Assembly (NCBI GenBank): GCA_016875165.1
Contig: VGSF01000007.1
Span: 15,616-79,615 of the forward strand
Length of the DNA stretch: 64,000 nucleotides
Origin: Deltaproteobacteria bacterium
GTDB lineage: Bacteria; Desulfobacterota; SM23-61
Reading direction: 5' to 3'
Part shown: positions 29,472-37,821 of the stretch, one piece after another
Layout of the letters: each line of letters opens with the position of its first letter
Numbering within the stretch: the first letter of the stretch is position 1
The notes under the pieces: generated by a model
Seen by the model: the letters and a program-made list of their open reading frames with translations, nothing else
Databases searched by the model: none
Told to the model about the DNA's origin: nothing
Translations under genes and position numbers: made by a program

Positions 29472-30669
29472 ACTTAAGTTGCATGATAGTCACGTAAATG
29501 GCGCAGATAATTGCCGTGGTGATCACCCCGGCCACGCAGGGGCCCATGGCATGGGGCAGGATCATGATCGTTTCATCCTCTTCCATGGCGCATTTCTGGG
29601 CCACTTTGGCGGTGGTGGGAACGCAGGAGACGGCGGCAATGCCGATCAGGGGGTTGATCTTTCCCCCTGACCACTTGCAGACGATCAAACCCCCGATTAT
29701 TCCTCCGATTCCCGAAAGGAGGAGGGCTACCATTCCCAGGATCATGATCAAAAGAACCTTGGGATCCATCACGGTGGTTACGCTCAAAAGGGCCCCCAGG
29801 GTAATCCCCAGGAAAAGAGTCGAACCAGAAAGAAGGATGTCCAGAAATTCCCGGAATCGCCCGATATTGGCCTCTTTCACGGCCACGCCCAAAAAGAAGC
29901 AAGTAAAAAGAGGGGCAGCCACCGGGAAGAGCAGACACAAAGTCACTCCCGCCACAACGGCAAAGAAAAATTTTTCCGCGGGGGTGACCGGGCGGATATC
30001 CATGGGATCCATGGCAATGGCCCGCAGCCTTTTGGGAATTAACAGTTTAGCTAAATAGGGGAAGACGGCGTAGCAGATTCCCAGATATACATAGGCCACA
30101 ACGGAAATAGGCACGAAAAGGTGCTTGGCCAGGATCAGAGAGGTGAAGAGAACCATGGGGCCGTCCGCTCCCCCCACAATGGCAATCGAGGCCGCCTCTT
30201 TGAAGTCAAATCCCAGGGCCACCGCCAGAGGAAAGGTCAGGATCGTTCCCAACTCGGCAAAGACCGCGAGAAAAAGGCTGAGAAAAGGGCGGGCCATGAA
30301 AAAATCCAGGTCGGTGATAGCCCCGATCCCTAAAAAAACCAAGCAGGCGATCAGGCCGTTGGCAAACGTGAAAGTATAAATAGGCTGGAGAAAATAAATC
30401 TGCAGGGCCTCAAGGAGTTTGGCCGGCTCGCTGGCCAAAGGATCGATAAAAAGAGTGCCCAGTTCTCCTTTGGTCATGATCAGTATGCCGGCATTGACCA
30501 CGGCCATCATGAAGCCCATGGGCACCATGAGCAGGGGATCGAGCTTCTCTTTGAACCCCAGATAAACCAGGAGGAACCCCAGGAGAATGAGAAAGATGCG
30601 GATCAGGATTTGTCCGGTTTCCATCAGGGCAAAGGAAGAAAGCCCCGGGAAGAAGTCCCATATGTTCAT
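29470..30669 (-). CDS. Ion-translocating carboxybiotin decarboxylase beta subunit, MadB-like subgroup of the OadB family
   Basis: 399 aa, very hydrophobic; GGADGP, INPLIG; signatures LQPIYTFTFANGLIAC, GPMVLF, VSCVPTTAK as recalled for MadB rather than OadB/MmdB (VSAVPMAAR). Confidence 0.88.
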   Translation of the reverse strand: MNIWDFFPGLSSFALMETGQILIRIFLILLGFLLVYLGFKEKLDPLLMVPMGFMMAVVNAGILIMTKGELGTLFIDPLASEPAKLLEALQIYFLQPIYTFTFANGLIACLVFLGIGAITDLDFFMARPFLSLFLAVFAELGTILTFPLAVALGFDFKEAASIAIVGGADGPMVLFTSLILAKHLFVPISVVAYVYLGICYAVFPYLAKLLIPKRLRAIAMDPMDIRPVTPAEKFFFAVVAGVTLCLLFPVAAPLFTCFFLGVAVKEANIGRFREFLDILLSGSTLFLGITLGALLSVTTVMDPKVLLIMILGMVALLLSGIGGIIGGLIVCKWSGGKINPLIGIAAVSCVPTTAKVAQKCAMEEDETIMILPHAMGPCVAGVITTAIICAIYVTIMQLK

Positions 30670-30684
30670 GCTGGCGCTCCTTAT

Positions 30685-30807
30685 TTATTCGCGGCTGGAG
30701 GTGATCTTTCTCAGAAGGAGGATGATCACCCCCATGAGCATGGAAGCGGCGAGGGTCACAGCATAGGTAAAACCAGCTATCTCAAGGGCTGATATGATTT
30801 TTTCCAT
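30685..30807 (-). CDS. 40-aa single-TM peptide, probable gamma/delta-type pump subunit (not in ORF track)
   Basis: MEKIISALEIAGFTYAVTLAASMLMGVIILLLRKITSSRE fills the gap between biotin carrier and beta subunit. Confidence 0.7.
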   Translation of the reverse strand: MEKIISALEIAGFTYAVTLAASMLMGVIILLLRKITSSRE

Positions 30808-30815
30808 GATAAATA

Positions 30816-31034
30816 TTAACTGATCACGGCCAGGATGTGCCCTTTATTAAGGACCTGGCCTACCTGGGCATTCAGCTCCCGGACAACCCCTTCCACGATG
30901 GAGTAGATCGGGATCTTCATTTTCATGCTTTCCATGACGGCAATGACGTCTTTCTTACGGACAGGGTCGCCGACTTTGACTTTCAGTTCGATCACTTTGC
31001 CCACCATAGGGATTTTGATTTCGGTTTTTTCCAT
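30816..31034 (-). CDS. Stand-alone biotin carboxyl carrier protein (72 aa)
   Basis: PMVGKV...VKVGD...MESMKM biotinylation motif; true start ATG 31034. Confidence 0.9.
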   Translation of the reverse strand: MEKTEIKIPMVGKVIELKVKVGDPVRKKDVIAVMESMKMKIPIYSIVEGVVRELNAQVGQVLNKGHILAVIS

Positions 31035-31077
31035 ACCTGATCCCCCTAAAATTCCTCCCTCATTATTATTATAATCT

Positions 31078-31268
31078 GAGGCTCTTGCAAAAGTATTTTT
31101 TTGTGGTTCGACAAGCTTGTCCTGAGCGAACCGTTCACCCTTCGAGAACCTCAGGGCGAACGGTGAGTCGAAGGGCTCACCACGAACGGAAAAACTAAAT
31201 AATTTCAACCTAAGCCCGTTCACCCTGAGCCTGTCGAAGGGTAAATTACGGACTTTTGCAAGAAGCTC
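31078..31268. mobile_element. MITE family B copy 2
   Basis: 191 bp, near-identical to 15816-16006; flanks ATCT/ATCA. Confidence 0.9.
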
Positions 31269-31286
31269 ATCAATCTCCGGTTTCGT

Positions 31287-32636
31287 TCAGCGGGTAATCA
31301 TCTTGTGCGGCAACCACAGGGTCAGCTCCGGCCAGATGGAGCAGATGACGATCCCCAGGAGGAGAATGATCACAAAAGGAATGGAGCCCATGAGCACCCT
31401 GGAGAGTGGAACGTCAGGAGCAATTCCCTGCACAATATAAAGATTCAGACCTACAGGAGGAGTGATCAAACCCACTTCCATGTTGATGGTCATGATTACC
31501 CCGAACCAGATAGGGTCGAAACCGTACTTCATTAATATTGGATGCAAAATAGGGGCCAAAATCAGGATGATGGCCACCGGCGGCAAAAAGCACCCCAGGA
31601 TCAGGAGGAAGACATTGATCAGAAACATAAGCATCCATTTGGAAAAGCCGGAGGCAACAATATGGTTAATGATCGACTGGGTAATGTAGAGTTTGGTCAG
31701 GACAGCCCCGAAGAGGAAAGAAGTCGCGATGATCAGCATGATCATGGTGCTCTCTTTTATGGTCATATGCAAAATATTTTTATAATCCTTTAAACGGAGG
31801 CGGTAGATGACTATGACCAGGAAAAAAGCGGCTACAGAGCCCACGCCCGCTGCCTCGCTGGGGGTGGCCCATCCCCCGTAGAGGCTGCCCATGATGATCA
31901 TGATAAGAAAGATGAACGGCGCCACCCGGGAGAGGGCTGAAAATTTTTCCTTCCAGGTGTAGGTAACCGTGTCAAAAAATTCCGCTCCGGCGGTTAAGGC
32001 GGGATTGACTGGTTCCCTGGCCTCCTTCAAGCGGGCCCACTGGGAATAAATGACCACCCAGATGGACATGAGGAGAGTAAGCATAATTCCCGGAATGATT
32101 CCGGCGATGAACAGCTTGCCTATCGAAGTCTGGGTGGCTATGCCGTAAACGATCATGGTCACGCTGGGAGGGATGAGAATTCCCAGGGTTCCCCCGGCTA
32201 CGATGCATCCCGTGGCCAGAGAATCCGGATATCCCCGTTTGCGCATCTCCGGGATGCCCATGGAGCCAATGGCCGCGGCCGTGGCCGGGCTGGAGCCGCA
32301 GAGGGCGGCAAAGATGGCGCAAGAAAAAATGTTGCTGACAGCCAGTCCTCCGGGCAGGCGGTGGAGCCATCGGTGCAGGCCTTCGTAAAGGTCAGAGCCG
32401 CTTTTGGTGGCGGCGATGGTGGCTCCCATGAGGATGAAAAGGGGAATGGCCAGCAGGCCGAAGTCGTTAATCCCTTCGTATACGATATGGGCCATGAGGT
32501 CGAACTGCATACGGTCCATAAAGAGAATAATGAAAATAACCGATGGAAAACCAAGAGCGAAGGCAATGGGCATGCCGCTCAGCAGAAAAAGAAGGGTAAC
32601 CAAACCAACGACAATTCCTAATATATTTGGGTCCAT
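31287..32636 (-). CDS. dctM: TRAP transporter large permease
   Basis: LLAIPLFI, GSSPATAA, GTLGILIPPS, ATPSEAA, ITPPVGLNL. Confidence 0.95.
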   Translation of the reverse strand: MDPNILGIVVGLVTLLFLLSGMPIAFALGFPSVIFIILFMDRMQFDLMAHIVYEGINDFGLLAIPLFILMGATIAATKSGSDLYEGLHRWLHRLPGGLAVSNIFSCAIFAALCGSSPATAAAIGSMGIPEMRKRGYPDSLATGCIVAGGTLGILIPPSVTMIVYGIATQTSIGKLFIAGIIPGIMLTLLMSIWVVIYSQWARLKEAREPVNPALTAGAEFFDTVTYTWKEKFSALSRVAPFIFLIMIIMGSLYGGWATPSEAAGVGSVAAFFLVIVIYRLRLKDYKNILHMTIKESTMIMLIIATSFLFGAVLTKLYITQSIINHIVASGFSKWMLMFLINVFLLILGCFLPPVAIILILAPILHPILMKYGFDPIWFGVIMTINMEVGLITPPVGLNLYIVQGIAPDVPLSRVLMGSIPFVIILLLGIVICSIWPELTLWLPHKMITR

Positions 32637-32716
32637 GGAGTTTTTTTCTCCTTCTGTTCAGATTACAGAGGCTCTCCCGCTCAGGGCTATGAAGTTCCGC
32701 CCTGCCAGTATAGGAG

Positions 32717-33226
32717 TTATTTTTTGGGAGATTCTTTTATATCTTTGAACCATCCGATTTTGAATAGATATTGAATAGATAAAAGGGTCATGCCCAGGGG
32801 CAAGAAAAAATAGGGAAAGGCCAGAGGAGGGCCCCATAAAGATTCCGACTTCCACCCTTTGGAGAAAGCTTCCCACCACATCTCCCACCCTTTCCAGGCG
32901 ATCAGGACGCAAAAAACAAAAGATAGGGCGGAGGTGACCTGGGAGAGTCTAACGTTGAACCCCGGGGGGAGCAGGCGGGTGATCAAGTCGATGTTGATGT
33001 GCGCGCCGTCTTTGAGCCCGTAGGCCGCTCCCAGGAAAGTGGCCATGATGGTCAGATAAACCGAGAACTCAATCTCCCATATGGTCGCGATTCTCAAGAC
33101 GTATCTCACGATTACTTCATAAGTAAGGACAAAGGCCGCAAGAACAATGGCCAGGCTGCTTAAAGTATAGAGAAATTGATTGAAACCCTCGACCCTCCGC
33201 GCCAGTCCCGAAAAAACCCTTTTCAT
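32717..33226 (-). CDS. dctQ: TRAP transporter small permease
   Basis: YEVIVRY, WEIE, GAHINID; about four TM helices. Confidence 0.92.
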   Translation of the reverse strand: MKRVFSGLARRVEGFNQFLYTLSSLAIVLAAFVLTYEVIVRYVLRIATIWEIEFSVYLTIMATFLGAAYGLKDGAHINIDLITRLLPPGFNVRLSQVTSALSFVFCVLIAWKGWEMWWEAFSKGWKSESLWGPPLAFPYFFLPLGMTLLSIQYLFKIGWFKDIKESPKK

Positions 33227-33270
33227 CGCTGCTTTCACCTCGCTGTTGCTTAAAAATCCTAAGTGCAAAC

Positions 33271-33301
33271 AGGTGCGACGCGGTCTTTTGGCGCCGCACC
33301 T
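33271..33301 (-). terminator. Hairpin between dctP and dctQ
   Basis: Minus strand AGGTGCGGCGC...GCGTCGCACCT followed by GTTT. Confidence 0.5.
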
Positions 33302-33352
33302 CTTTAGGGTTGCTTATTGGCAATTTTGTTCGCCCGGAAAGTTTGAGCTATT

Positions 33353-33636
33353 GTAACAGTTTAGCGATTTGAAAAAATGGTGTAAAAGCCTTTGTTTTGG
33401 GCCGGGGGTTAGAGCGGAACGCGCCGGAAGCATCGGCTGGGTTTCCGCTTGGCCACGAGGACAGAAGATCTTTTCCTCCGGAGGAGGCGGGGGTTCTTAC
33501 CCGCCCCATATGCGGAGAAATAAGCGCCTTATGATTCCAAGCGTTCCGCTCTGGCCCCCGGCCCCTGGAATCCCTTGGCCTTTACAACACACCTTTTTTC
33601 AAAATTTCAAAGAGCTAAAAAGAGCTAAAGTGTTAC
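33353..33636. mobile_element. MITE family A copy 4 (reverse)
   Basis: TSD GAGCTATT containing the dctP stop codon; small duplications within the terminal repeat. Confidence 0.92.
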
Positions 33637-33639
33637 GAG

Positions 33640-34680
33640 CTATTTAACTGCCAGAGCCATATCTAAAAGCTCTTTTCCGCCCTTGACTTTCTCGGTGTAC
33701 TCCTTCCAGGCCGTCTTCTTGGCCACCTCGGTCCAGAGCTTCAATTCCTCAAGGGTCAGGTCATGAACGATGACCCCTTTGGCCTTAAACAGGTCGGTGA
33801 CCTCGGTATCGTCTTTCACCGCTTCTTCCAGGGCAAATTTTTCCAATTCCTTGCCGACTTCCATCATGATCTTCTGCTGCTCCGGAGAAAGTTTTTTCCA
33901 GGTTATCATGCTTATCACTAACGGCTCGAACATATACCAGGTGGTGGTAATCCGGGGAGAGGTGTAGTATTTCACCTGCTCATAAAGGCGGAAGGATTCG
34001 AAGGAAGATGAAGAGGTCATGCAGGCATCCAGCACGCCGGTCTGCAGAGCAAAATAGATCTCTGTGGAAGGCATGCTGGATATGCCTGCTCCTGCGCCTT
34101 CGTGGAGCATCTTCTCAAACATTTTGCCGGCGGCCCGGATCTTGATGCCCTTCAAATCATCCGGACGAATGAGGGGTTTTGTCTTGGCGGCCAGGCCGCC
34201 CCCGCACCAGGCCCAGGTGAGGATCTTCATGCCGTTATCATCGCAGAGCTTCTCAATTGCTTTGCCTATGGGCGCGTCTTTCCAGCGCATGGCCTGGTAA
34301 TGGTCTTTGACCACGCAGGGCATAAGCGTTATGGAAAGTTGAGGAATTTTACCGGCGGCATAATCCAGGGGATAGACCGACATGTCCAGGGCCCCTTTGA
34401 GCATGGCGTCATATTGGGGAACTGGCTTAAAAAGGGCTGAGGCTGGGTAAATCTCAAATTTCAGAGACCCGCCGGTCCTCTCCTCAACCTTTTTGGCAAA
34501 AAGGCGACACAGGCGATCCCGGAAATCACCTTTGTCAATTGTTCCCGCCGGCCATTGATGGGAGATTTTCAGGGTGATGGATGGGCCCACCGGCTTGGCC
34601 TGGGCATGGGCCTCACCCCAGGTTAAAATAAAAAATAATGGTAACATTAGAACGCCAACTTTCATGATTCCCCTGTTCAT
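33640..34680 (-). CDS. dctP: TRAP transporter substrate-binding protein
   Basis: Signal peptide, LKISHQW, DLKGIKIRAAG (carboxylate-binding Arg), EIYFALQTGVLD. Confidence 0.93.
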   Translation of the reverse strand: MNRGIMKVGVLMLPLFFILTWGEAHAQAKPVGPSITLKISHQWPAGTIDKGDFRDRLCRLFAKKVEERTGGSLKFEIYPASALFKPVPQYDAMLKGALDMSVYPLDYAAGKIPQLSITLMPCVVKDHYQAMRWKDAPIGKAIEKLCDDNGMKILTWAWCGGGLAAKTKPLIRPDDLKGIKIRAAGKMFEKMLHEGAGAGISSMPSTEIYFALQTGVLDACMTSSSSFESFRLYEQVKYYTSPRITTTWYMFEPLVISMITWKKLSPEQQKIMMEVGKELEKFALEEAVKDDTEVTDLFKAKGVIVHDLTLEELKLWTEVAKKTAWKEYTEKVKGGKELLDMALAVK

Positions 34681-34766
34681 AATTACCCTCCTCTATTATT
34701 TAGTGCAAAACTCACCCCCTAAGGAGGTGTCCTAATTTTTTGGGAACCTGGTTTTTAAGAATGGCA

Positions 34767-35059
34767 GATGATCTGGGAAAAAGTCTCTTAGGTCGTCACC
34801 CCGGCGAAAGCCGGGGTCCAGAACATCTTGAAATAACTGGATTCCGGCTTTCGCCGGAATGACGGAAAACCGCATTGCCAGACTTTTTACGAAACCAGCA
34901 ATATATGATGATCTTGGAAAAAGTCGGCAGAAGAGTCATTGCGAGCGAAAGCGAAGCAATCTCGTTTTTATAAGTCCTTGAAAATACGGGATTGCTTCGT
35001 CGTCCCGCATTGGCGGAACTCCTCGCAATGACGAAAACGGGACTTTTTACGAGACCATC
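34767..35059. mobile_element. Two tandem MITE family C copies (34767-34899 degenerate; 34907-35059)
   Basis: Family C ends; second copy has 7-bp TSD AATATAT and is near-identical (inverted) to 54053-54205. Confidence 0.85.
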
Positions 35060-35180
35060 AATATATGCTGCCACAGGCTTCTAACAGATTCAATGGCCTT
35101 TTTTTGGCCACCGGAGCGGGGATTCTGCCCCTATTCCCTTTCCCGGTTCTCTATTATTTTAATCTCGGAGGAATAATGAA

Positions 35181-36227
35181 CTACGACAAGTAAGTTTCCA
35201 GCTCCTGGATGGCTTTCTCCATAGAGGCCTTATCTTCCATGTTGAGAAATTTGACGTTCGGATTGATTTTGCTGATCATGCCGGTGAGCACTTTTCCAGG
35301 GCCGATCTCGATGAAAAGTTCCACCCCGCTGGCGATCATTTTATCCACGCAGGATTTCCATAAAATCGGATTGTGAATCTGACTTACCAGCTCTTCGGCG
35401 ATGTGCCGGGGATCAACGATCCCCTGGGCGGAGGTGTTGGCGATAATGGGTCGTCTGGCCAGGCGAAGGTCCATCTTTTTTATGAAAGTTTCCATTTTTT
35501 CCGCGGCTGGTTTCATGAGGTAGGTGTGGAATGGGCCGCTAACCTTTAAGGGAATGGCTTTCAGCCCCATCTGCTCGGCTACTCTTTTGGCGTTCTTCAA
35601 ATTATCATCGAACCCGCCGACCACTATCTGAAAGTCCGTGTTATAAAGGGCGGTGTAGGTTTTTGACGATTTACAGACGACTTCGATGTCGCCGATCTTT
35701 TCCCGGCTCAGGATGGAGAGAAGGCCGGCATTGCCGATCTCTTCGCCGCAGCTTTGCATGAACTCCCCCCGGGCTTTGACCAGCCGTACGCCGGTTTCGA
35801 GATCTATTGCCCCGGCAGCGTAAAGCGCGGCGTATTCCCCCAGGCTGTGGCCGGCCGTGACATAGAAATCCAGGGCCAGACCCCTTTCTTTCAGAAGTTC
35901 CCGAAAGGCTTCGTAACAAGCCACCGAGGCGGTAAAGATAGCCGGCTGGGAGTACCGGGTCTGGTCGAGAATCCTCGTTCCCAGGCGGCCGATGAATTCC
36001 AGATGCAGCCGATCACCGACGTTTTCCAGCCATGTTTTGAACTTTTCCAGGGATCGTTTCTCATCCTTATCAAAACAAAGGTGGCAGAGGTTGTATCCCA
36101 GAATTTGGTTGGCCCGGTCGAAGACCGTACGGGAAGCGGGGAATTTTTCATAAAGATCCCCTCCCATCCCGGAATATTGGGACCCCTGGCCGGGGAAAAT
36201 CAAAGCAATTTTGGAAAAATCTTTCAT
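35181..36227 (-). CDS. fabD: Malonyl-CoA:ACP transacylase with an N-terminal-region insertion
   Basis: FPGQGSQ, GHSLGEY, RGEFMQ, VSGPFH, EIGPGKVL. Confidence 0.93.
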   Translation of the reverse strand: MKDFSKIALIFPGQGSQYSGMGGDLYEKFPASRTVFDRANQILGYNLCHLCFDKDEKRSLEKFKTWLENVGDRLHLEFIGRLGTRILDQTRYSQPAIFTASVACYEAFRELLKERGLALDFYVTAGHSLGEYAALYAAGAIDLETGVRLVKARGEFMQSCGEEIGNAGLLSILSREKIGDIEVVCKSSKTYTALYNTDFQIVVGGFDDNLKNAKRVAEQMGLKAIPLKVSGPFHTYLMKPAAEKMETFIKKMDLRLARRPIIANTSAQGIVDPRHIAEELVSQIHNPILWKSCVDKMIASGVELFIEIGPGKVLTGMISKINPNVKFLNMEDKASMEKAIQELETYLS

Positions 36228-36312
36228 AGTTTCGGCCGCATTCTCTCATCTTTTAAAAAAATGCCTTATTAATATCCTTTGTCAATAGATTTTTGTCAAG
36301 GGAAAAAGTCAG

Positions 36313-36610
36313 CTTGCCCCCCTTCACTTTTGATTTTCGTTCATGATTCCAGAATGATAAAAAGGACACGGCCCGCACGGGAGGGGGAATCTCTCGGGAG
36401 CACAAGGCAAGACTTCTTTCATGGCTGAGGGCGGGGCTTCCCTCCATGATGATCTGTATTCCTACGATCCCGCCTTTTCTTTGCGGAAGAAAAGCATGGG
36501 CTATGGTCCAATCTTGTTCCCGCCGGTGCTCCCTCTTTCATCCCCCTCCCGTTCGGGCTTCGTCTATCACAGTGATTTCATCAATTTATTCAAAAGTGAA
36601 GGGGGGCAAG
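36313..36610. mobile_element. MITE family D, 298-bp foldback element
   Basis: Perfect 21-bp terminal inverted repeat CTTGCCCCCCTTCACTTTTGA; 10-bp TSD AAAAAGTCAG; extensive internal pairing. Confidence 0.88.
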
Positions 36611-36616
36611 AAAAAG

Positions 36617-36907
36617 TCAGGGAAAAGGACAGGTGCAGGGGGCAGATGAACAGATTGGGCATACCTTTGGGTATTTTTTCAGGACCTCGGACTCCAGGTC
36701 CACGCTAAGGAGGTTGGCCATCGAGGCCAGCCAGGCAAAGACGTCAGCCATCTCTTTGCCCAGGTTTCCCTTTTCTCCCCGCCGGTAAGCTCGGGTGAGT
36801 TCCCCGACCTCTTCCAGAAACCAGAGGAAAGTTTTATCCGCACCCCGTTTAGCGTCGCGAGATAGGTAGAGTTCCCTAATCAAATTCTGGAATTCTTTGA
36901 TTTCCAA
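36617..36907 (-). CDS. MazG-like nucleotide pyrophosphohydrolase (single domain)
   Basis: WFLEEVGEL...EMADVFAWL...KKYP, Cys-rich tail; TTG start after GGAGGTG. Confidence 0.88.
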   Translation of the reverse strand: MEIKEFQNLIRELYLSRDAKRGADKTFLWFLEEVGELTRAYRRGEKGNLGKEMADVFAWLASMANLLSVDLESEVLKKYPKVCPICSSAPCTCPFP

Positions 36908-37006
36908 AGTCCACCTCCAGACCCCCACAGCTTATAAAAAGGCAAAATATTCTATTCATTTAACACGAATAAGGAGGTAAAACAAGGGTGAGGAAAAGAT
37001 TTCTTC

Positions 37007-37034
37007 TTGACAAAGAAACAATTCATTATATATT
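37007..37034 (+). promoter_or_regulatory. Putative sigma70 promoter of the yceD-rpmF-plsX operon
   Basis: TTGACA-16 nt-TATATT. Confidence 0.6.
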
Positions 37035-37072
37035 AAAACTTTAAAATTTATTCTCGGCTTTGGAAAAGAACC

Positions 37073-37603
37073 TTGAAATTTCGCGTTGATGAGATCAGCG
37101 GAGAAGGTCGAGAGGAAACCTTTATCCAGGATGAAAACTGGATGGAAGAGCGCTTGGCCGGGGAGACCAAGAGGCCATTTCATTTCACGGGACCGATCAA
37201 GACACATTTAAACCTTTCTCGGTCCGGCAGGGTTATACTACTCCGCAGCCGGATAGAAGTCAGGGTAGAATGGATTTGCGCCCGGTGCCTTGAACCGTTT
37301 CTAAGGACTCTGACGTCGGAATTTACCACCAGTTTAAAACCCAAGCCTGATTTTCCTCTGCCGGAGGAAATTGAGCTGAGTCCAGAAGATCTGGAGACAG
37401 AGTATTATCAAGGGGGAGAAATAAATGTCGCTCCCCTGGTGCAGGATCAAATTTTGTTAACCCTTCCTCCCAAGGCTATATGTGGGGAAGAATGCCGGGG
37501 ATTATGCCCTAAGTGTGGAAAGAACCTGAACCGAGAAAATTGCCATTGTTCAGAGGAAGTAGTTGACCCCCGGCTCGAGCCCTTAAAGAGCTTCCGGGTT
37601 TAA
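37073..37603 (+). CDS. yceD: DUF177/YceD family protein
   Basis: CARCL, CGEECRGLCPKCGKNLN...C, DPRLEPL; directly upstream of rpmF. Confidence 0.92.
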   Translation: MKFRVDEISGEGREETFIQDENWMEERLAGETKRPFHFTGPIKTHLNLSRSGRVILLRSRIEVRVEWICARCLEPFLRTLTSEFTTSLKPKPDFPLPEEIELSPEDLETEYYQGGEINVAPLVQDQILLTLPPKAICGEECRGLCPKCGKNLNRENCHCSEEVVDPRLEPLKSFRV

Positions 37604-37623
37604 TAACCATGAGGTGAAATTTT

Positions 37624-37806
37624 ATGCCCAACCCCAAACGGAGACATTCCAAAACAAGAAGAGATAAGCGGCGAACCCATGATCGCCTTGCTTCCCCCCA
37701 ATTTTCCACCTGTCAGCAGTGTGGGGAACCAAAAGCACCCCACCGGGTTTGCCCCCATTGCGGTAGTTATAAGGGGCGGACGGTGGTCGAAACGGAAGAA
37801 ACCTGA
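37624..37806 (+). CDS. rpmF: 50S ribosomal protein L32
   Basis: [17 protein letters not shown]...CQQC...PHRVCPHCG. Confidence 0.97.
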   Translation: MPNPKRRHSKTRRDKRRTHDRLASPQFSTCQQCGEPKAPHRVCPHCGSYKGRTVVETEET

Positions 37807-37821
37807 AGGGAAAGATAACCA

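Noticed and set aside
36370-36560. Possible 6S or SRP RNA (about 190-nt hairpin)
   Set aside because: No SRP helix-8 motif or 6S-type central bubble recognised, and it lies within terminal inverted repeats with a 10-bp TSD; kept as a MITE finding.
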